64,000 nucleotides of DNA from Propionibacterium sp. (GTDB lineage Bacteria > Actinomycetota > Actinomycetes > Propionibacteriales > Propionibacteriaceae), in assembly GCF_047719395.1 (NCBI RefSeq), contig NZ_JBDNTB010000005.1:1431-65430 (forward strand), given 5' to 3'. Positions 34,169 to 44,901 of the stretch are shown here, one piece after another; the stretch's first letter is position 1, and every line of letters starts with the position of its first letter. Below the pieces are notes generated by a model that ran no database searches, was not told the origin of the DNA, and saw nothing but the letters and a program-made list of their open reading frames with translations. The position numbers and the translations under genes are program-made.

Positions 34169-35190
34169 GTATCGAGATCCAGGACATCAACAAGAACTTC
34201 GGGGACTTCGTCGCCCTGTCACACGTGAACCTGAGCATCCCGTCGGGCAAGATCACTGCTTTGCTCGGGCCCTCGGGTGGCGGCAAGACCACCCTGCTGC
34301 GTATCATCGCCGGTCTCGAGGAGGCCGACACCGGCACAGTGAGCATCGAGGGCGTGGACGCCACCGACATGCCGGCGCAGAAGCGCAACATCGGCTTCGT
34401 GTTCCAGCACTATGCGGCCTTCAAGCACCTCACCGTGGCCAAGAATGTGGCCTTTGGATTGTCGATCCGGCACAAGCCCAAGGATGAGATCGAGCAGAAG
34501 GTGAAAGAGCTGCTGGAATTGGTGCACCTCGACCAGTTCGCGGACCGGCTGCCCTCCCAGCTGTCCGGCGGCCAGCGCCAGCGCATGGCACTGGCTCGTG
34601 CACTTGCCATCGAGCCCAAGGTGCTGCTGCTCGACGAGCCCTTCGGTGCCCTGGACGCCAAGGTGCGCAAGGAGCTGCGCGAGTGGCTGCGCCGGCTGCA
34701 CGAGCATGTGCACGTGACCACCTTGTTCGTGACGCACGACCAGGAAGAGGCGCTCGAACTCGCCGACCAGGTGATCGTGGTCAATCACGGGCGCGTGGAG
34801 CAGGCGGGTTCGCCGGTGGAGCTGTACGACGAGCCGGCCAGCCGGTTCGTGATGAGCTTCCTCGGCGAGGTCACCACCCTGGACAGCCACCTCATCCGGC
34901 CGCACGACATCACGGTGCACACCTCGCCGGTGCCGGGCACCGTGGCTGGCACCATCGAACGGTCGATGCGGGTCGGCTTCGAGGTGCGGCTGAGCGTGCG
35001 CCCCGAGGGTGCGGTCGATGACTCCCGGAATGTCACAGTCAACCTGACAAGGACTTTCGCCAGGGCTCTGGGCCTTGAGGATGGCGGCCAGGTGTGGCTG
35101 GAGCCTGAGAAGGGGGCCACCCGTATCCCATTGCTGGAGCCGGTGGCTGTTCCCGAGTCCGGGCAAGAACTTGACTCGGCGGTCGCCTGA
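34165..35190 (+). CDS. cysA: Sulfate ABC transporter ATP-binding protein
   Basis: Walker [10 protein letters not shown], signature LSGGQRQR, Walker B LLLDEPF. The ATG overlaps the cysW stop. Confidence 0.9.
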   Translation: MSIEIQDINKNFGDFVALSHVNLSIPSGKITALLGPSGGGKTTLLRIIAGLEEADTGTVSIEGVDATDMPAQKRNIGFVFQHYAAFKHLTVAKNVAFGLSIRHKPKDEIEQKVKELLELVHLDQFADRLPSQLSGGQRQRMALARALAIEPKVLLLDEPFGALDAKVRKELREWLRRLHEHVHVTTLFVTHDQEEALELADQVIVVNHGRVEQAGSPVELYDEPASRFVMSFLGEVTTLDSHLIRPHDITVHTSPVPGTVAGTIERSMRVGFEVRLSVRPEGAVDDSRNVTVNLTRTFARALGLEDGGQVWLEPEKGATRIPLLEPVAVPESGQELDSAVA

Positions 35191-35568
35191 GCCAGGTTCC
35201 GGCGGTCCTGCAGAAGAAGTGCCCGCCGCACTGCGTGCGAAATCCATCGCGCGGTGGCCCCAGGACCAGAAAGTCGCCACCAGGGCGGAATCCAGTCGAT
35301 TCCTGTCCGCTCTGACTGGACCAGTCGCGCTCATGGAAGGTCTGGACGGCGGTGCGGAGGAATTCCGGCTGACAATCCTGCCCGCAACTCATACCAGGTG
35401 CCACGGATCGGCACGTCACACCGGGTGGCTCACTCCTTGGCGGGCACAGGACTGAAGGCCTCCGGAATATGGGCTGCGACAAGCGATTTCGGGCTTCCGG
35501 TGAGCGTCTCACAGGGAGCAGCCGTGGCGGTGTGAGGCGTGTCCGAGGCCGCCGGTAATCTCAGCCCC

Positions 35569-37113
35569 ATGAAAATAGGCATTCCGAGGGAATCGCTGCC
35601 CGGCGAACGCCGGGTCGCCGCCACCCCGAAGACATTGCCCCAACTCACCACACTGGGCTACGAGGTTGTTGTCGAGCACGGTGCAGGTGAGCGGGCCTCT
35701 CTCCCCGACCACGAATATGAAGCGGCCGGCGCGCAGCTGGCCGACACCGCCACCGTCTGGGGGTGCGACATCGTGCTCGCGGTCAACGAGCCCAGCGTCG
35801 AGGAACTGTCCGCAATGCACGCGGGCGCCACCCTCATCACCTTCCTGCACCCCCGGGAGAACCCCGGCCTGGTCGAGGCCCTGCAGAAGGCCGGTGTCAC
35901 CGGCATGAGTATGGACATGGTGCCCCGCATCAGCCGCGCCCAGTCGATGGACGCGCTGAGCTCCACCGCCAACATCTCCGGTTACCGGTCGGTCGTCGAG
36001 GCTGCCTATGCCTACGGACGTACCTTCGGTGGCCAGGTCACCGCGGCGGGCAAGGTCCCTCCGGCAAAGATCTTCGTGATCGGCACCGGCGTGGCAGGTC
36101 TTGCCGCACTCGGCGCGGCCAACTCGATGGGTGCCGAGGTGTATGCCACCGATGTGCGACCCGAGACCGCCGAGCAGGTCGAGTCGATGGGCGCCACCTT
36201 CGTGCACGTGCGTGCCGCCGGCGCCGACCAGGGCGTGAGCTCCGACGGCTACGCCAAGGAGACCAGCGACGACTTCAACAAGCGCGCCGCCGAGCTCTAC
36301 GCGGACCAGTGCCAGAAGGTCGATGTCATCGTCACCACCGCGGCCATTCCCGGACGCCCCAGCCCGAAGCTGATCACCGCCGAGATGGTCAGCACCATGA
36401 AGCCCGGGTCGGTCATCGTCGACCTGGCCGCACTCGGTGGCGGCAACTGCGAGCTCACCCGCCCGGGCGAGAAGTACACCACCGACAACGGCGTCACGAT
36501 CATCGGCTACACCGACATGGCAAGCCGGCTGCCCGGCCAGGCCAGCCAGTTGTACAGCACCAACCTGGTGAACCTTCTCAAGCTCGCCACCCCCGAGAAG
36601 GATGGCCACCTGGTCGTCGACTTCGACGACGAGGTGCTGCGCACCATGACGGTGGCCAAGGACGGTCAGATCACCTTCCCGCCGCCGCCCATCCAGGTGT
36701 CCGCCGCTCCGGTCGCTGCCGCGGCGCCTGCTCCGGTGAAAGCCGAGGCACCCGCGAAACCGCCGAAGCCCTGGTACGTGTCGTTCGCCATCGTCGGCGT
36801 GCTGGCCCTGGTGCTCATCGCGCTGCTCACCTTCGCACCGTCCTCATTCCTGGAGCTGTTCGGGGTGTTCGTGGTGGCGGTCGTGGTGGGCTACTACGTG
36901 GTCTGGAATGTCACGCATGCCTTGCACACGCCACTGATGAGCGTCACCAATGCCATCAGCGGCATCATCATCGTCGGCGCGATGCTGCAGCTGCCCAAGG
37001 ACAATCCGGCGATCATGATCATCGCCGCGCTCGGTGTGCTCATCGCATCGATCAACATCTTCGGCGGCTTCTCGGTGACGCGCCGGATGCTCAACATGTT
37101 CAGGAAGGCGTGA
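35569..37113 (+). CDS. pntA: NAD(P) transhydrogenase subunit alpha (full-length, with the C-terminal membrane part)
   Basis: [40 protein letters not shown] matches the E. coli PntA N-terminus pattern. TM helices at the C-terminus. Confidence 0.9.
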   Translation: MKIGIPRESLPGERRVAATPKTLPQLTTLGYEVVVEHGAGERASLPDHEYEAAGAQLADTATVWGCDIVLAVNEPSVEELSAMHAGATLITFLHPRENPGLVEALQKAGVTGMSMDMVPRISRAQSMDALSSTANISGYRSVVEAAYAYGRTFGGQVTAAGKVPPAKIFVIGTGVAGLAALGAANSMGAEVYATDVRPETAEQVESMGATFVHVRAAGADQGVSSDGYAKETSDDFNKRAAELYADQCQKVDVIVTTAAIPGRPSPKLITAEMVSTMKPGSVIVDLAALGGGNCELTRPGEKYTTDNGVTIIGYTDMASRLPGQASQLYSTNLVNLLKLATPEKDGHLVVDFDDEVLRTMTVAKDGQITFPPPPIQVSAAPVAAAAPAPVKAEAPAKPPKPWYVSFAIVGVLALVLIALLTFAPSSFLELFGVFVVAVVVGYYVVWNVTHALHTPLMSVTNAISGIIIVGAMLQLPKDNPAIMIIAALGVLIASINIFGGFSVTRRMLNMFRKA

Positions 37114-37119
37114 TCACCG

Positions 37120-38529
37120 ATGGTGCTTCTTCAGGCAAGCGTCAGCAATTTCATCAACGCCACATTCATCGTCTCCGGCCTGCTGTTCATCCTGGCGCTG
37201 GCCGGGCTCAGCAGGCATGAGACGTCACGGCGTGGCAACGCCTTCGGCATGCTCGGCATGGCGCTGGCAGTCATCGCCTCGGCCGTGTCGATGGCCCACC
37301 AGGACACCAGGCCGATCGCCTGGATCCTCATGGTCATCGCCATCATCATCGGTGCCTCCATCGGCCTGTTCAAGGCCGCCAAGGTCGAGATGACCGGCAT
37401 GCCCGAGCTGGTCGCCCAGCTGCACAGCTTCGTCGGTCTGGCCGCAGTGCTGGTGGGCATCAATGCCTACATCGAGCACCCGAACGCCGACGCCTTCTCG
37501 ATGTACGAGATGTGGATCGGCATCTTCATCGGCGCCGTCACCTTCACCGGTTCGATCATCGCCTGGGGCAAGCTGTCCGGCAACATCAAGTCGGCACCGC
37601 TCACCCTGCCCGGCCGCAACTGGCTCAACCTCGGTGGCCTGGTCGCCATCATCGCCTGTGGCATCTGGTTCGCCAACGGCGGCGGTTGGCTGCCGCTGAT
37701 CCTGCTCACCGTGGTCTCGCTGCTGCTCGGCATCCACCTGGTGGCGGCCATCGGCGGGGCGGACATGCCCGTGGTCATCTCGATGCTGAACAGCTACTCC
37801 GGCTGGGCCGCGGCCTTCAGCGGCTTCAGCCTGGGCCTGTCGGTGCTCATCGTCACCGGGGCGCTCGTCGGGGCGTCCGGCGCGATCCTGTCCTACATCA
37901 TGTGCAAGGCCATGAACCGCTCCTTCGTCTCGGTGATCCTGGGCGGCTTCGGTCAGGCTTCTGCCAGCGCCGATTCGGGTCCGCAGGGTGACATCCAGGA
38001 GGTGGACGCCGCAGGCGCCGCCGAGGAGCTGCGCAATGCCAGCTCGGTGGTCATCGCTCCCGGCTACGGCATGGCCGTCGCCCAGGCGCAGTATCCGGTG
38101 GCCGAGCTGGTCAAGAAGCTGCAGGCCCAGGGCACCGAGGTGCGTTTCGCCATTCACCCGGTTGCCGGGCGCCTGCCGGGCCACATGAATGTGCTGCTCG
38201 CCGAGGCCCACGTGCCCTACGACATCGTCATGGAGATGGACGAGATCAACGACGACTTCAAGGACACCGACGTCGCCCTGGTCATCGGCGCAAATGACAC
38301 CGTGAATCCCGCCGCCATGGAACCGGGCTCGCCCATCTCGGGCATGCCCGTGCTGCACGTGTGGGACGCCAAGCGGGTGATCGTGTTCAAGCGGTCGATG
38401 AATGCCGGCTACGCCGGTGTGCAGAACCCGTTGTTCTTCAACGACAACACCGAGATGCTCTTCGGCGACGCCAAGGCATCGGTGGACGGCATCAACAGCA
38501 ATCTGCCGGCGCTCGAAGCCGCCAAGTGA
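37120..38529 (+). CDS. pntB: NAD(P) transhydrogenase subunit beta
   Basis: [21 protein letters not shown] near the N-terminus and a soluble C-terminal NADP(H) domain. 6 nt after pntA. Confidence 0.9.
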   Translation: MVLLQASVSNFINATFIVSGLLFILALAGLSRHETSRRGNAFGMLGMALAVIASAVSMAHQDTRPIAWILMVIAIIIGASIGLFKAAKVEMTGMPELVAQLHSFVGLAAVLVGINAYIEHPNADAFSMYEMWIGIFIGAVTFTGSIIAWGKLSGNIKSAPLTLPGRNWLNLGGLVAIIACGIWFANGGGWLPLILLTVVSLLLGIHLVAAIGGADMPVVISMLNSYSGWAAAFSGFSLGLSVLIVTGALVGASGAILSYIMCKAMNRSFVSVILGGFGQASASADSGPQGDIQEVDAAGAAEELRNASSVVIAPGYGMAVAQAQYPVAELVKKLQAQGTEVRFAIHPVAGRLPGHMNVLLAEAHVPYDIVMEMDEINDDFKDTDVALVIGANDTVNPAAMEPGSPISGMPVLHVWDAKRVIVFKRSMNAGYAGVQNPLFFNDNTEMLFGDAKASVDGINSNLPALEAAK

Positions 38530-38605
38530 TGCTGTTGGGTTGAGTTGATGTGGTGCTCTTCCCGTGTCCCGTGCGTTCAGGTGCTTCGGTGCAAGGCTCC
38601 GGTGA

Positions 38606-39502
38606 TCAGGGCGTCGGCATGCCACCGGTCACGGCGATCGTCGCGCCCAGCACATAGCTGGACTCGGCAGAGGCGAGGAAGACATAGGCCGGCGCCAGCT
38701 CGGCCGGCTGGCCGCTGCGTCCGATGGGGGTCTGGGTGCCGAAGTGAGCCAGCTTCTCGTGGGGCTGGCCACCACTGGGCTGCAGCGGAGTCCAGATCGG
38801 CCCCGGCGCCACGGCGTTGACGCGGATGCCCCTGGAGGCCAGCTGGGAGGCGAGCGCTTTGGTGAAGGCGTTGATGGCCGCCTTGGTGGTCGCGTAGTCG
38901 AGCAGCAGCGGCGACGGCTGGTAGGCCTGCACCGAGGTGGTGTTGATGATCGTCGACCCCGGCTCGAGGTAGGGGATCGCGGCCTTCGTGATCCGGAACA
39001 TCGCCAGCACATTGGTGTTGAGGGTCTGCTCGAACTGCTCGTCGGGAAGGTCCTCGATGGACTCGCAGAACAACTGCTTGCCGGCATTGTTCACCAGGAT
39101 GTCGAGACCGCCGAGCTCGCGCACCGCCTTGTTCACGAGCTGGGTGCAGAAGTCCCGGTCGGTGAGATCACCGGGGAGCAGCACGGCCTTGCGCCCGGCG
39201 GTTTCGATCTGGGTGCGCACGTGCTGGGCGTCGTCCTCTTCGTCGGGCAGGTAGGTGATCGCCACATCCGCGCCCTCGCGGGCGAAAGCGATCGCCACCG
39301 CCGCGCCGATGCCGGAGTCGCCACCGGTGATGAGCGCCTTGCGGTTCAGCAGCCTTGCGGACCCCCGATAGGTCTCCTCACCGTGGTCTGCGTGCGGCTC
39401 CAGGTCCGTGTCGGTGCCCGGCTCGGGGACATGCTTCTCAGGGGCTTCCACCTGCGGGTATCGCGTCACGGGGTTCTCGAAGGTGTATTGGCTTCGTGTC
39501 AT
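38606..39502 (-). CDS. SDR family oxidoreductase (YhxC/YdaD-like)
   Basis: ALITGGDSGIGAA cofactor motif and YATTKAAI (YxxxK) active site. Confidence 0.85.
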   Translation of the reverse strand: MTRSQYTFENPVTRYPQVEAPEKHVPEPGTDTDLEPHADHGEETYRGSARLLNRKALITGGDSGIGAAVAIAFAREGADVAITYLPDEEDDAQHVRTQIETAGRKAVLLPGDLTDRDFCTQLVNKAVRELGGLDILVNNAGKQLFCESIEDLPDEQFEQTLNTNVLAMFRITKAAIPYLEPGSTIINTTSVQAYQPSPLLLDYATTKAAINAFTKALASQLASRGIRVNAVAPGPIWTPLQPSGGQPHEKLAHFGTQTPIGRSGQPAELAPAYVFLASAESSYVLGATIAVTGGMPTP

Positions 39503-39582
39503 GGCTCAAGGCAACCACAACTTGGTGTTTTCCGAAGGGGTGCACGCGATGATGTCCCCTTGCAGAACCCCCGGGCGCACCT

Positions 39583-41523
39583 TCAGCGACGGGCACCCAG
39601 AATCCCCGCGAGATCGTGGATGAGCGGCCCGATCATGATCTCCTCGACCGGCCTGGGCAGCGCGATCGACCAATTGGGATATCTGCCCACGATGCTCGGG
39701 ATGTTCGGGCGTGCTCGCACCAGCGAGGCGTCCTCCAGCGAGGCCAGCACAATGATGCTCGGTGAGTCCGCCAGGGACTGATACCTCGCCCGCACCGCCC
39801 GATGCAGCTCCTCCTCGGTCACCCGCTCGGACGGCTTGTCCGGGTCGATCCCGGCCAGCTCGGCGACGCCGCGGCGGGACTGCTCGAACGCCTCCCAGTC
39901 GGTGTCCTTGCCGATCTTGCGCTGCTGATCCGCGTCGTAGCCGGTGAGCAGGCCGGCCAGCGTCACCTGGTCGTGGGTCGACGAGGTGCCCACGCACAGC
40001 ACGGGGAAATCGGCAGGCGAGGTGCGGCTCGCCGAGCGATTGGCCAGCAGTCCGATGTCGCGCATGCTGTGCTGCACCCCGCTGGGCACGGTGCCCATGT
40101 CCTCCCCGACCACCCACGCTCCGGCGCGCGCGGCCTCCAGCCGCAGGATGGCGAGCATGGCGTCTACGGGATAGTTCACGTACACGCCCTCGGACGCCGA
40201 GCCGTCCACCGGAATCCAGTACAGCCGCCACAGCTGCATCACGTGATCCACCCGCAGGGCCTTGGCGTGCGCCAGTCCCTCGCGCAGCATGTCGATGAAG
40301 GGGACGAAGCCGGCCTGGACGAGTTTCTGCGGCTGGAAGGGGGGCAGGCCCCATCGCTGGCCCTCGGGGTTGAGCAGGTCGGGCGGGCAGCCGATCTCGA
40401 AATCGAAGCAGAGCTCGTCCTGGTAGGCCCAGGCGTCCTGCGAGTTGAGGTCGAATCCGACCGCCAGATCGGCGATGACCTCGACTCCGCTGGTGCAGGC
40501 CTGGGCGTACTGCAGATCGGCCACCCATTGGCACCAGATGTAGAAGAGCACACGGTCGCGGTGTTCGAGGGTGAACTGCTTCACCGCCTGTGAGCCGGGA
40601 TGATGCAGCTCCTCAGGCCAGCTGCGCCAGTCCGACGAGTCCTGGTGCTCGGCGATCGCGCACCAGGCGGCAAAGGTTCGCAGCACGTGGCCCCGGCGGG
40701 CGCAGTAGCTGCGCAGCTCGGGGTTCGTGTCATTGCGCACCTGCTGCCAGATGCGTTCCAAGGCCTGTTTCTTCAGCGACCACACCGCGGGCCTGTCGAT
40801 GATGCGGTACTGGTTGAGCTCGCGTCCGGCGGCGGACAGATCGCTGAGGTCGATCCGCTCGGCCCCGGGCACCGCGCCCGGGGCCACGTGCAGCAGGTTG
40901 AGGAAGTTGCGGCTGGCCGGCGAATAGGGCGAGGCCTGCGGCGAGCTGACCGGCGCGACCGCGTGCACCGGGGAAACCTGGACGCAATCGGCGCCCAGAG
41001 TGGCGGCCTGCCTGCAGATCAGCGCGAGATCTCGGAAGTCGCCGATGCCCCAGGACTGGTTGGAGCGGGCTGCGTACAGCTGCACTTGTAGGCCCCAGCC
41101 CTTGTCAGGCGTCCGCAGGCGGTCGGGAGTACAGATGACGAGGTGATGGGCGCCATGCTCGTCGATCAGGCAGTAATAGCCGGGTTCGCTGATCCTGCCC
41201 TGGACTTCGCGACGCTGGCCGTTCTCCAGCACCAGGGTGCCGAACAGCTGCGGGCGGAACCGGCCGGGCGTACACACGAGTGTCTCGGGCACCGTTGCAG
41301 GGTCGACGGTGAAGTGTCGTTCCACCCTCAGCAGGGTGGAGATCTGGGCCTCGACGATCTGGCCGATCGAGTTGATGTAACTGCCGACCACACCCAGCGG
41401 TGCGAGGCGGGACAGCAGCTGGGTTCGCCAGATGTTCTGAAGAGTTCCGTCGCGGCGCACCTGGGGCGTATCGGGGTTGCCGGTACCGTCATCACGGCCT
41501 GGCAGGGGATACTGCGCACTCAC
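39583..41523 (-). CDS. malQ: 4-alpha-glucanotransferase (amylomaltase) with the actinobacterial N-terminal extension
   Basis: LQVQLYAARSNQSWGIGDFRDL and GH77-like blocks throughout. GTG start. Confidence 0.85.
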   Translation of the reverse strand: MSAQYPLPGRDDGTGNPDTPQVRRDGTLQNIWRTQLLSRLAPLGVVGSYINSIGQIVEAQISTLLRVERHFTVDPATVPETLVCTPGRFRPQLFGTLVLENGQRREVQGRISEPGYYCLIDEHGAHHLVICTPDRLRTPDKGWGLQVQLYAARSNQSWGIGDFRDLALICRQAATLGADCVQVSPVHAVAPVSSPQASPYSPASRNFLNLLHVAPGAVPGAERIDLSDLSAAGRELNQYRIIDRPAVWSLKKQALERIWQQVRNDTNPELRSYCARRGHVLRTFAAWCAIAEHQDSSDWRSWPEELHHPGSQAVKQFTLEHRDRVLFYIWCQWVADLQYAQACTSGVEVIADLAVGFDLNSQDAWAYQDELCFDFEIGCPPDLLNPEGQRWGLPPFQPQKLVQAGFVPFIDMLREGLAHAKALRVDHVMQLWRLYWIPVDGSASEGVYVNYPVDAMLAILRLEAARAGAWVVGEDMGTVPSGVQHSMRDIGLLANRSASRTSPADFPVLCVGTSSTHDQVTLAGLLTGYDADQQRKIGKDTDWEAFEQSRRGVAELAGIDPDKPSERVTEEELHRAVRARYQSLADSPSIIVLASLEDASLVRARPNIPSIVGRYPNWSIALPRPVEEIMIGPLIHDLAGILGARR

Positions 41524-41610
41524 TCAATCAGGTTAACCGAGGCTCGGGAAAGGCCTTGTGATCGGGCTTCACCCCATGAACTGACCGGGGTGCGGATGTC
41601 CCCGGAAGCA

Positions 41611-41766
41611 GCGTCAGATGCTTTGCAGCTGCGGAGGCCACATCCATACCCCGGGGTTCCACCATGACGACCAGTTGACGCAGGGTGGGGCCGGTACCAG
41701 CGGTGGGATGTGCATACGCCCTGCGGCTGACCTGCCTTTCATGCCGCTGCCGTGTTCCCCCACCGC
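41611..41766 (+). other. Conserved non-coding element, copy 1 (sub-motif B at 41611-41656, then sub-motif A at 41697-41766)
   Basis: About 80% identical by eye to 60855-60900 (B) and 60725-60800 (A). It ends 100 nt upstream of the Memo-like gene ATG. Confidence 0.6.
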
Positions 41767-41865
41767 GTCGCCATCGATGATCCACCGCCGACGGGACCGG
41801 CGTGTGCCTACCATCGGTGGGGAGGGCCGGCCAGTGTCGGTCCCGCAGGTGAGGATGTGAGGACC

Positions 41866-42663
41866 ATGACCAGCAGGCCGCCGGCAGTGGCGGGAAGCTT
41901 CTACCCGGCACGGCCCAGGGCGCTGGAAAAGGCCCTGACAAGTGCCTTCGAGGCGGCTGATCCACCGCCCGCCGAGCTCGATCCCTCTCAGGTGAAGGCG
42001 CTCATCGTGCCGCATGCGGGCTACGTCTACTCCGGCTCGACCGCCGCCTCCGGATACGCCCTGCTCAGGGACCGCACCATCGAGATGATCGTGCTGCTGG
42101 GCCCCACACACCGAGTGGGCATCCGTGGCATGGCGCTGCCAGGATGCGACCTCTTCGAGACCCCACTCGGCGAGGTGACCGTCGACGCCGAGCTGGCCAA
42201 GGCTGCCGCTGCGGTGCCGATGGTGGTCACCCGGCCGGATGTGCACGAGTACGAGCACAGCCTGGAGGTGCAGCTGCCCTTCCTGCAGACCGTCTGCCCG
42301 CAGGCCAGCGTGCTGCCGGTGGCTGTCGGCAGCGCGACACCCGCCGAGGTCGGTGCTCTTCTCAACGCCCTGTGGGGCGGCCCGGAGACCATCGTGATCA
42401 TCAGCTCCGACATGTCGCACTTTCACCGCTACGAGGAGGCCCGCCGTATCGATGCCGGCACCATCGACCAGATCCTCGCTTTCGACGACAGCGTCCAACC
42501 CGAGCAGGCCTGCGGCTGCCACCCGATGGACGGCCTGCTGCACGTCGCCGCCGCACACGAACTGCATCCCGCACTGCTTGCTGCGCGCAACAGTGGTGAC
42601 ACCGCTGGCGACCGCGCTCGGGTGGTCGGCTACGCCAGTTTCGCCTTCCAGGAGGCCTCATGA
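41866..42663 (+). CDS. Memo-family protein (AmmeMemoRadiSam system protein B)
   Basis: AGSFYPA...ALIVPHAGYVYSG...HSLEVQLPFLQ. ATGA overlap with the next gene. Confidence 0.85.
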   Translation: MTSRPPAVAGSFYPARPRALEKALTSAFEAADPPPAELDPSQVKALIVPHAGYVYSGSTAASGYALLRDRTIEMIVLLGPTHRVGIRGMALPGCDLFETPLGEVTVDAELAKAAAAVPMVVTRPDVHEYEHSLEVQLPFLQTVCPQASVLPVAVGSATPAEVGALLNALWGGPETIVIISSDMSHFHRYEEARRIDAGTIDQILAFDDSVQPEQACGCHPMDGLLHVAAAHELHPALLAARNSGDTAGDRARVVGYASFAFQEAS

Positions 42664-43352
42664 CCAAGAACGACGACCAGGCGGTGGATGCCCTGCCCGG
42701 CGACGCGGGCGCGGTTCTCGTCGGCATTGCGAGGCGCACCCTGGAGGAGGAGCTCGGCATCGAGAGGACGGGCAGCCCCGCTTCGACGCGCGATCACGAA
42801 CCCGCTGTGACGAGTGACGTTGAAGCCACCACCGTCGGATCAGGCCGGCCTGGCCGTCCGGCGTGGCTCGACCGGGACGGCGCGAGCTTCGTCACGCTGA
42901 CCATCGGGGGAGCGCTGCGCGGGTGCATCGGCTCGCTGACCGCCTACCGGCCACTGCGAGAAGATGTCGCCCGCAACGCCCACAATGCGGCCTTCGAGGA
43001 TCCGCGCTTCCCTCCCCTGGGGGCAGATGAGTACCCCGGCACCGCGGTGGAGGTCTCGGTGCTCGGCGCACCCGAACCCGTCCCTGCGCGCACCGAGGAC
43101 GAACTGATCGCTGCGCTGCGTCCCGGCACAGACGGGGTGATCCTGCGCGAGGGACACCATCGCGCCACCTTCCTCCCCCAGGTGTGGGAGCAGCTGCCCG
43201 ATCCACACGAATTCCTCCAGGCGCTTCGGCACAAGGCCGGGCTTCGCGCCGATCGGTGGGCCGGCAGTACAACCGCCGAGCGCTACACGGTGACCGCCTA
43301 CACCGATCTGGCAGGCGAGGACATGCTCGCCCATGATCACAAGGACTCTTGA
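42660..43352 (+). CDS. AMMECR1-family protein (AmmeMemoRadiSam system protein A)
   Basis: FVTLTIGGALRGCIGSL...NAAFEDPRFPPL. ATGA overlaps on both sides. Confidence 0.85.
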   Translation: MTKNDDQAVDALPGDAGAVLVGIARRTLEEELGIERTGSPASTRDHEPAVTSDVEATTVGSGRPGRPAWLDRDGASFVTLTIGGALRGCIGSLTAYRPLREDVARNAHNAAFEDPRFPPLGADEYPGTAVEVSVLGAPEPVPARTEDELIAALRPGTDGVILREGHHRATFLPQVWEQLPDPHEFLQALRHKAGLRADRWAGSTTAERYTVTAYTDLAGEDMLAHDHKDS

Positions 43353-44431
43353 TGATCCGGAATCCGGTCGATCTCACAGATGGCGGCGGCACGGACAGTG
43401 CGCCGCCCGCCAATGCCTTGCCGGCCCGCTGGTGGCATCGCCTTCCCGACGGGCGGCTGCGCTGCGATCTGTGCCCCCGAGCATGTTCGCTGCGTGACGG
43501 CCAGCGCGGTTTCTGCTTCGTGCGCGCCCGGCGCGGTGATCAGCTGTGGCTCGACGTGGCAGGGCCAGTCTCGGGGCTGGGTATCGATCCCATCGAGAAG
43601 AAGCCGCTCAACCACGTGCTGCCCGGCACCAGAGTGCTGAGTTTCGGCACCGTCGGTTGTAACCTCGGTTGCCGGTTCTGCCAGAACTGGCAGATCTCCA
43701 CCGCTTCCTCGATGGTGGCGCTCCAGGTTGAAGCAAGTCCCGAACACATCGTCCAGACCGCATTGAGAGAGGGTTGCCAGGCGATCGCCTTCACCTACAA
43801 CGACCCCATCATCTTCGCCGAGTACGCCATTGAGGTGGCCCACGCCGCCCACGAGGCCGGGTTGCTGAGCATCGCGGTGACCGCCGGATACCTCAACCCG
43901 GAACCGCGTGCGGAATTCTTCGGCTGCATGGACGCCGCCAACATCGACCTCAAGGCCTTCTCCGACGCTTTCTATCGACGCATCACAGGGGCGCGGCTGC
44001 AGGTGGTGCTCGACACGATCAGCTCGGTGGTCGCCTCGGGACGCACCTGGGTTGAACTGACCACGCTGCTGATCCCCGGCCACAACGACTCCGACCATGA
44101 ACTCACGGCCATGTGCCGCTGGATATCCGCCGAACTCGGCACGGAGGTGCCGCTGCACTTCTCGGCTTTCCACCCCTCACACCGGATGAGAGACGTACCG
44201 AGCACCTCGCCGGCCGCCCTGGAGCGAGCTCGTGACATTGCGCTCGCCGAAGGGCTGCACTTCGTCTACACCGGAAATGTGCACGACCCCCAGGGCCAGA
44301 GCACCTGGTGCCCGGCTTGCGGTCAGACCCTCATCGAGCGCGACAGATATGCCATCGGCACGAAACACATTGACGAAAACAATCTCTGCACCCGCTGCGG
44401 CTACCGTCTGCCGGGCATCTTCCAGCGCTGA
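43349..44431 (+). CDS. AmmeMemoRadiSam system radical SAM enzyme (PFL-activase-like)
   Basis: CxxxCxxC cluster CNLGCRFCQNW, preceded by an N-terminal Cys pair (RCDLCPRAC) and followed by a C-terminal Cys pair (WCPACG...CTRCG). Confidence 0.85.
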   Translation: MMIRNPVDLTDGGGTDSAPPANALPARWWHRLPDGRLRCDLCPRACSLRDGQRGFCFVRARRGDQLWLDVAGPVSGLGIDPIEKKPLNHVLPGTRVLSFGTVGCNLGCRFCQNWQISTASSMVALQVEASPEHIVQTALREGCQAIAFTYNDPIIFAEYAIEVAHAAHEAGLLSIAVTAGYLNPEPRAEFFGCMDAANIDLKAFSDAFYRRITGARLQVVLDTISSVVASGRTWVELTTLLIPGHNDSDHELTAMCRWISAELGTEVPLHFSAFHPSHRMRDVPSTSPAALERARDIALAEGLHFVYTGNVHDPQGQSTWCPACGQTLIERDRYAIGTKHIDENNLCTRCGYRLPGIFQR

Positions 44432-44454
44432 ATAGAAGGCTTCACGAGCAGAAA

Positions 44455-44492
44455 CGCCCCGGCTGCGCCGACATGCGGCGATGCCCGGGGCG
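44455..44492. terminator. Long GC hairpin between convergent genes
   Basis: cgccccgg...ccggggcg (8 bp) with an inner cgccg/cggcg pairing, 24 nt after the radical SAM stop. Confidence 0.45.
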
Positions 44493-44580
44493 CTTCAGGA
44501 TGAGATGTGCGCAAGGGGTACCGACGGTGGAACCAAGCCGAAGCCTGGAGCAACGGGCCACCCCCAGCAGCTGTGCGGGC

Positions 44581-44901
44581 TCAGGAGCCCTGGGTGAGGC
44601 CGGTGGCCAGGTCCAGGATCGCCTCGCCGCGAACCAGGCCGTAATCGGTCATCGGGATGACCGCCACCTTGATGCCCTTGGGCTCCAGCACCTCGCGGGC
44701 GTGGTCCAGCTCGTAACCAACCTGCGGGCCGAGCAGCGCGACGTCCAGGCTGTCCTTGGTCTCGGCACCAATGCTGGAGATCGGGCCAGACTCCACCTCG
44801 GCGTCGACACCCTTCTTCTCGGCGGCTTCGCGCAGGCTGCGCACCACCATTGCCGTCGAAATTCCTGCTGCGCAGAAAAGCTTGATCTTGGTCATGGTCA
44901 T
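44581..44901 (-). CDS. PTS lactose/cellobiose-family EIIB component
   Basis: Active-site context KIKLFCAAGISTAMVV (compare ChbB LFCSAGMSTS). Confidence 0.85.
   Translation of the reverse strand: MTMTKIKLFCAAGISTAMVVRSLREAAEKKGVDAEVESGPISSIGAETKDSLDVALLGPQVGYELDHAREVLEPKGIKVAVIPMTDYGLVRGEAILDLATGLTQGS

Noticed and set aside
41595-41625. SRP-RNA-like string ccggaagcagcg next to copy 1 of the element
   Set aside because: It lacks the GGAAGGAAGCAGC domain IV signature and the flanking helices, so I treat it as a coincidental match.
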